Origin: Paraspadella gotoi
Taxonomy: Eukaryota; Animalia; Chaetognatha
Assembly (NCBI GenBank): GCA_051294375.1
Contig: CM119263.1
Coordinates: 7,509,843 to 7,549,262, forward strand
DNA length: 39,420 nt
Direction: 5' to 3'
The notes beneath the pieces are model-generated. The model was given only the letters and a program-made list of their open reading frames with translations. It was not told the DNA's origin and did not search any database. The stretch's first letter is position 1; every line of letters begins with the position of its first letter. The translations under genes and the position numbers were made by a program. Positions 37,002 through 39,420 of this stretch are shown piece by piece.

Positions 37002-37790
37002 GCTCTCTCTCTATCTCTCTCTCTCTCTCTGTCGTCATTGTGAAAAGGAACGGTCGGGTCTCGGGGGCGAACTCGAGACCTTAGCCTCCTTACCCGTCGT
37101 TCGATGCTTCCTCCGCAGCCTCGATCACGGTCTCNNNNNNNNNNNNNNNNNNNNNNNNNNNNNNNNNNNNNNNNNNNNNNNNNNNNNNNNNNNNNNNNNN
37201 NNNNNNNNNNNNNNNNNNNNNNNNNNNNNNNNNNNNNNNNNNNNNNNNNNNNNNNNNNNNNNNNNNNNNNNNNNNNNNNNNNNNNNNNNNNNNNNNNNNN
37301 NNNNNNNNNNNNNNNNNNNNNNNNNNNNNNNNNNNNNNNNNNNNNNNNNNNNNNNNNNNNNNNNNNNNNNNNNNNNNNNNNNNNNNNNNNNNNNNNNNNN
37401 NNNNNNNNNNNNNNNNNNNNNNCTCTCTCTCTCTCTCTCCCTCCTCTCCCCTATCAGTTACCGTGACAAGCAAATGTTCATTGACGTCGTTGCCTGTTTT
37501 CCTAACCTCCGCCCACCTTCTCTTTTTGCACCTCAAACTATCTTCAAGTTTACTCGCTCCACCCGTCCCCCCCTCGTCCCCCAGCCCCTCCCCCTCACGA
37601 CCCCAAAAACCCCTAGAAAAAAAACAACTCGGGGCGTAATTCAAAAATTCCCATTCTTCACGGTCTTCGCTCTTAGCGCCCATTATCGGAGGCAGGGGCG
37701 CCGAGTTGCCTCGCCCGCCCATCGCCCGACTTACCTCACGCCTCCGCCTTATTTGATGCCTCACCTTTTCCTTTTTTTTCCTCTCTGCAG

Positions 37791-37876
37791 GTGTCGCCGC
37801 CTCCGCCGCTTCCGACGCCGCTTTTCCGGTAAACCGGCGTCCCGCGAAGACGCCTCTTAACGAAATAAACACGTCG
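37791..37876 (+). CDS. Candidate 86-bp internal exon
   Basis: Strong acceptor tttttttcctctctgcag|gt and donor tcg|gtatgt. Only one frame is open: (G)VAASAASDAAFPVNRRPAKTPLNEINTS. Confidence 0.45.
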
Positions 37877-38039
37877 GTATGTACAATAAATACATTTACT
37901 GTGGAACTTAAGGCGCTTACAAACTGCAAAGAGAAGACATAATACGTTTTTCACAAAGAAAAGATCTTTTTTTCCTGATCAAGAGAAACTTTTTTTCGCT
38001 ATGCATATTTTTGTAGTTACTAGTTTTTTCAGATACCGG

Positions 38040-38041
<2 letters not shown>

Positions 38042-38113
<72 letters not shown>
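38042..38113 (+). repeat. Perfect (TC)n microsatellite
   Basis: Read directly. Confidence 0.98.
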
Positions 38114-38116
<3 letters not shown>

Positions 38117-38231
38117 GTTCGGGTTTTTCGAAGGAGAGAATCGAATCTGGTGTCTGTCGTGGAAACCGAGGACATTGAGGGCGGATGAGGGGGCAGCGAC
38201 GACGACGACGTTCGTAACGACGACTCGAGGC

Positions 38232-38263
<32 letters not shown>

Positions 38264-39420
38264 TGACCGCCTGGCGACGTAGCAGTATCTTTTTTTCTCA
38301 CACAAAAAAAAATGGAGAAGAAAAGAGCCTCTTTTCCAGAAAATAGTTTCGGTGGCGTAAACGCAAATAACGTCTTTCTCTCTCTCTCTCTCTCTCTCTC
38401 TNNNNNNNNNNNNNNNNNNNNNNNNNNNNNNNNNNNNNNNNNNNNNNNNNNNNNNNNNNNNNNNNNNNNNNNNNNNNNNNNNNNNNNNNNNNNNNNNNNN
38501 NNNNNNNNNNNNNNNNNNNNNNNNNNNNNNNNCTCTCTTATGGGAAAACCCTCTGGGCGCTCCGTCTCTGCCTAACGCAGAGTTCGAGAGATGGCGCTGG
38601 ACTCAACTTGTGTTTGTTTTGAAAAATAAGGAAATCGGTGGTGAATTTAGAGGCCGTCCTTGTGGGGGATTGTGGGGGATTGTGGTTGTTTGTGGGGGAT
38701 CGTGCGAAGACAGGGCCGTGGCTCATTTTATTGTATATGGGATGCGTTTGGCGTATGATAAGTATGATGGACAAACCTTTAATATTTTTTCTAGTTCTTA
38801 TATTAATGTGAACAATAGTGTTAATATAATAGTTTTAGTGATTTTTAAGCTCTTGATGTTCTAGTGGTAGAATTTTATAACAAAGCTATTTGAATTAAGG
38901 CGTAATTAATTTCGACGAGAAAAAAAATATAGAAAAATCTACAAGAAATGTATGGAAACAAAGAGAGAGACAGAGTGGGTATGAGCAGAGTGCCAAAGAA
39001 AGACAAGGGTAGTGATTCGGAAATTGGTTGGGGAAATCCAAGGGGCTTTAGGGAAAGGGTTCGGTCAGAGGGAGAGGCCAAGTCTTTCCAGCCCAAGCCC
39101 CTTTTCCCCATAAAAAAAATTGCTTTAACCCAAAAAAAAAAAAAGTGGACTATTTTTTTTTCTTCCCAATTTTTTTTCATCTCCTCGTCTCTCTCTCGAG
39201 CGCCACAAAAATATGGTCAACATTTTTTTTTGTTTTGACCCAAAATTATTCCTATAAATTCTGCTCCACGGAAAAGGGGAGAATTTTTTTTTTTGTGGGG
39301 GCGGTTGCGGGAGTGGGCGTTGGGGAAAGGGAGTTGGCGGGTGAATTGGCTGTGGGGGGATGTGGAGGAGGAGGAGTGGCGATAGCGGGCGGTGTTGTTG
39401 TTGACGCCACGCAGAATATT

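Noticed and set aside
36484-37466. Long ORFs crossing N gaps
   Set aside because: Their length comes from untranslatable N runs.
38538-39238. Overlapping sense/antisense ORFs near the window end
   Set aside because: No recognisable motif or clear splice structure, and the strand cannot be assigned.

Overview
This is an AT-rich eukaryotic draft-assembly window, probably metazoan, dominated by (CT)n/(GA)n, (GAC)n and poly-A/T tracts, with 12 N-gaps, six of them exactly 25 N. About 23 kb (7926-19548 and 20945-32492) consists of two multi-kb fold-back/duplication systems. Their copies share exact breakpoints next to 25-N gaps, and in the first system they share the same noisy microsatellite fill. 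These are most likely long-read gap-fill or amplification-chimera artefacts rather than biology. The one confidently identifiable gene is a three-exon Rab28 small GTPase (34364-35176, +), which many 1-nt indels fragment across frames in the ORF track; its CAAX-bearing last exon is not visible. The best orphan candidates are a minus-strand exon encoding a 19-unit [D/N]-A-[I/V/L]-S tetrapeptide repeat with a clear codon-position signature (6960-7255), and a Thr-rich/basic ORF at the centre of the second palindrome. Most ORFs in the track are microsatellite or homopolymer translations. No rRNA, tRNA, CRISPR array or intact mobile element is supported, and I found no convincing novel multi-gene system.
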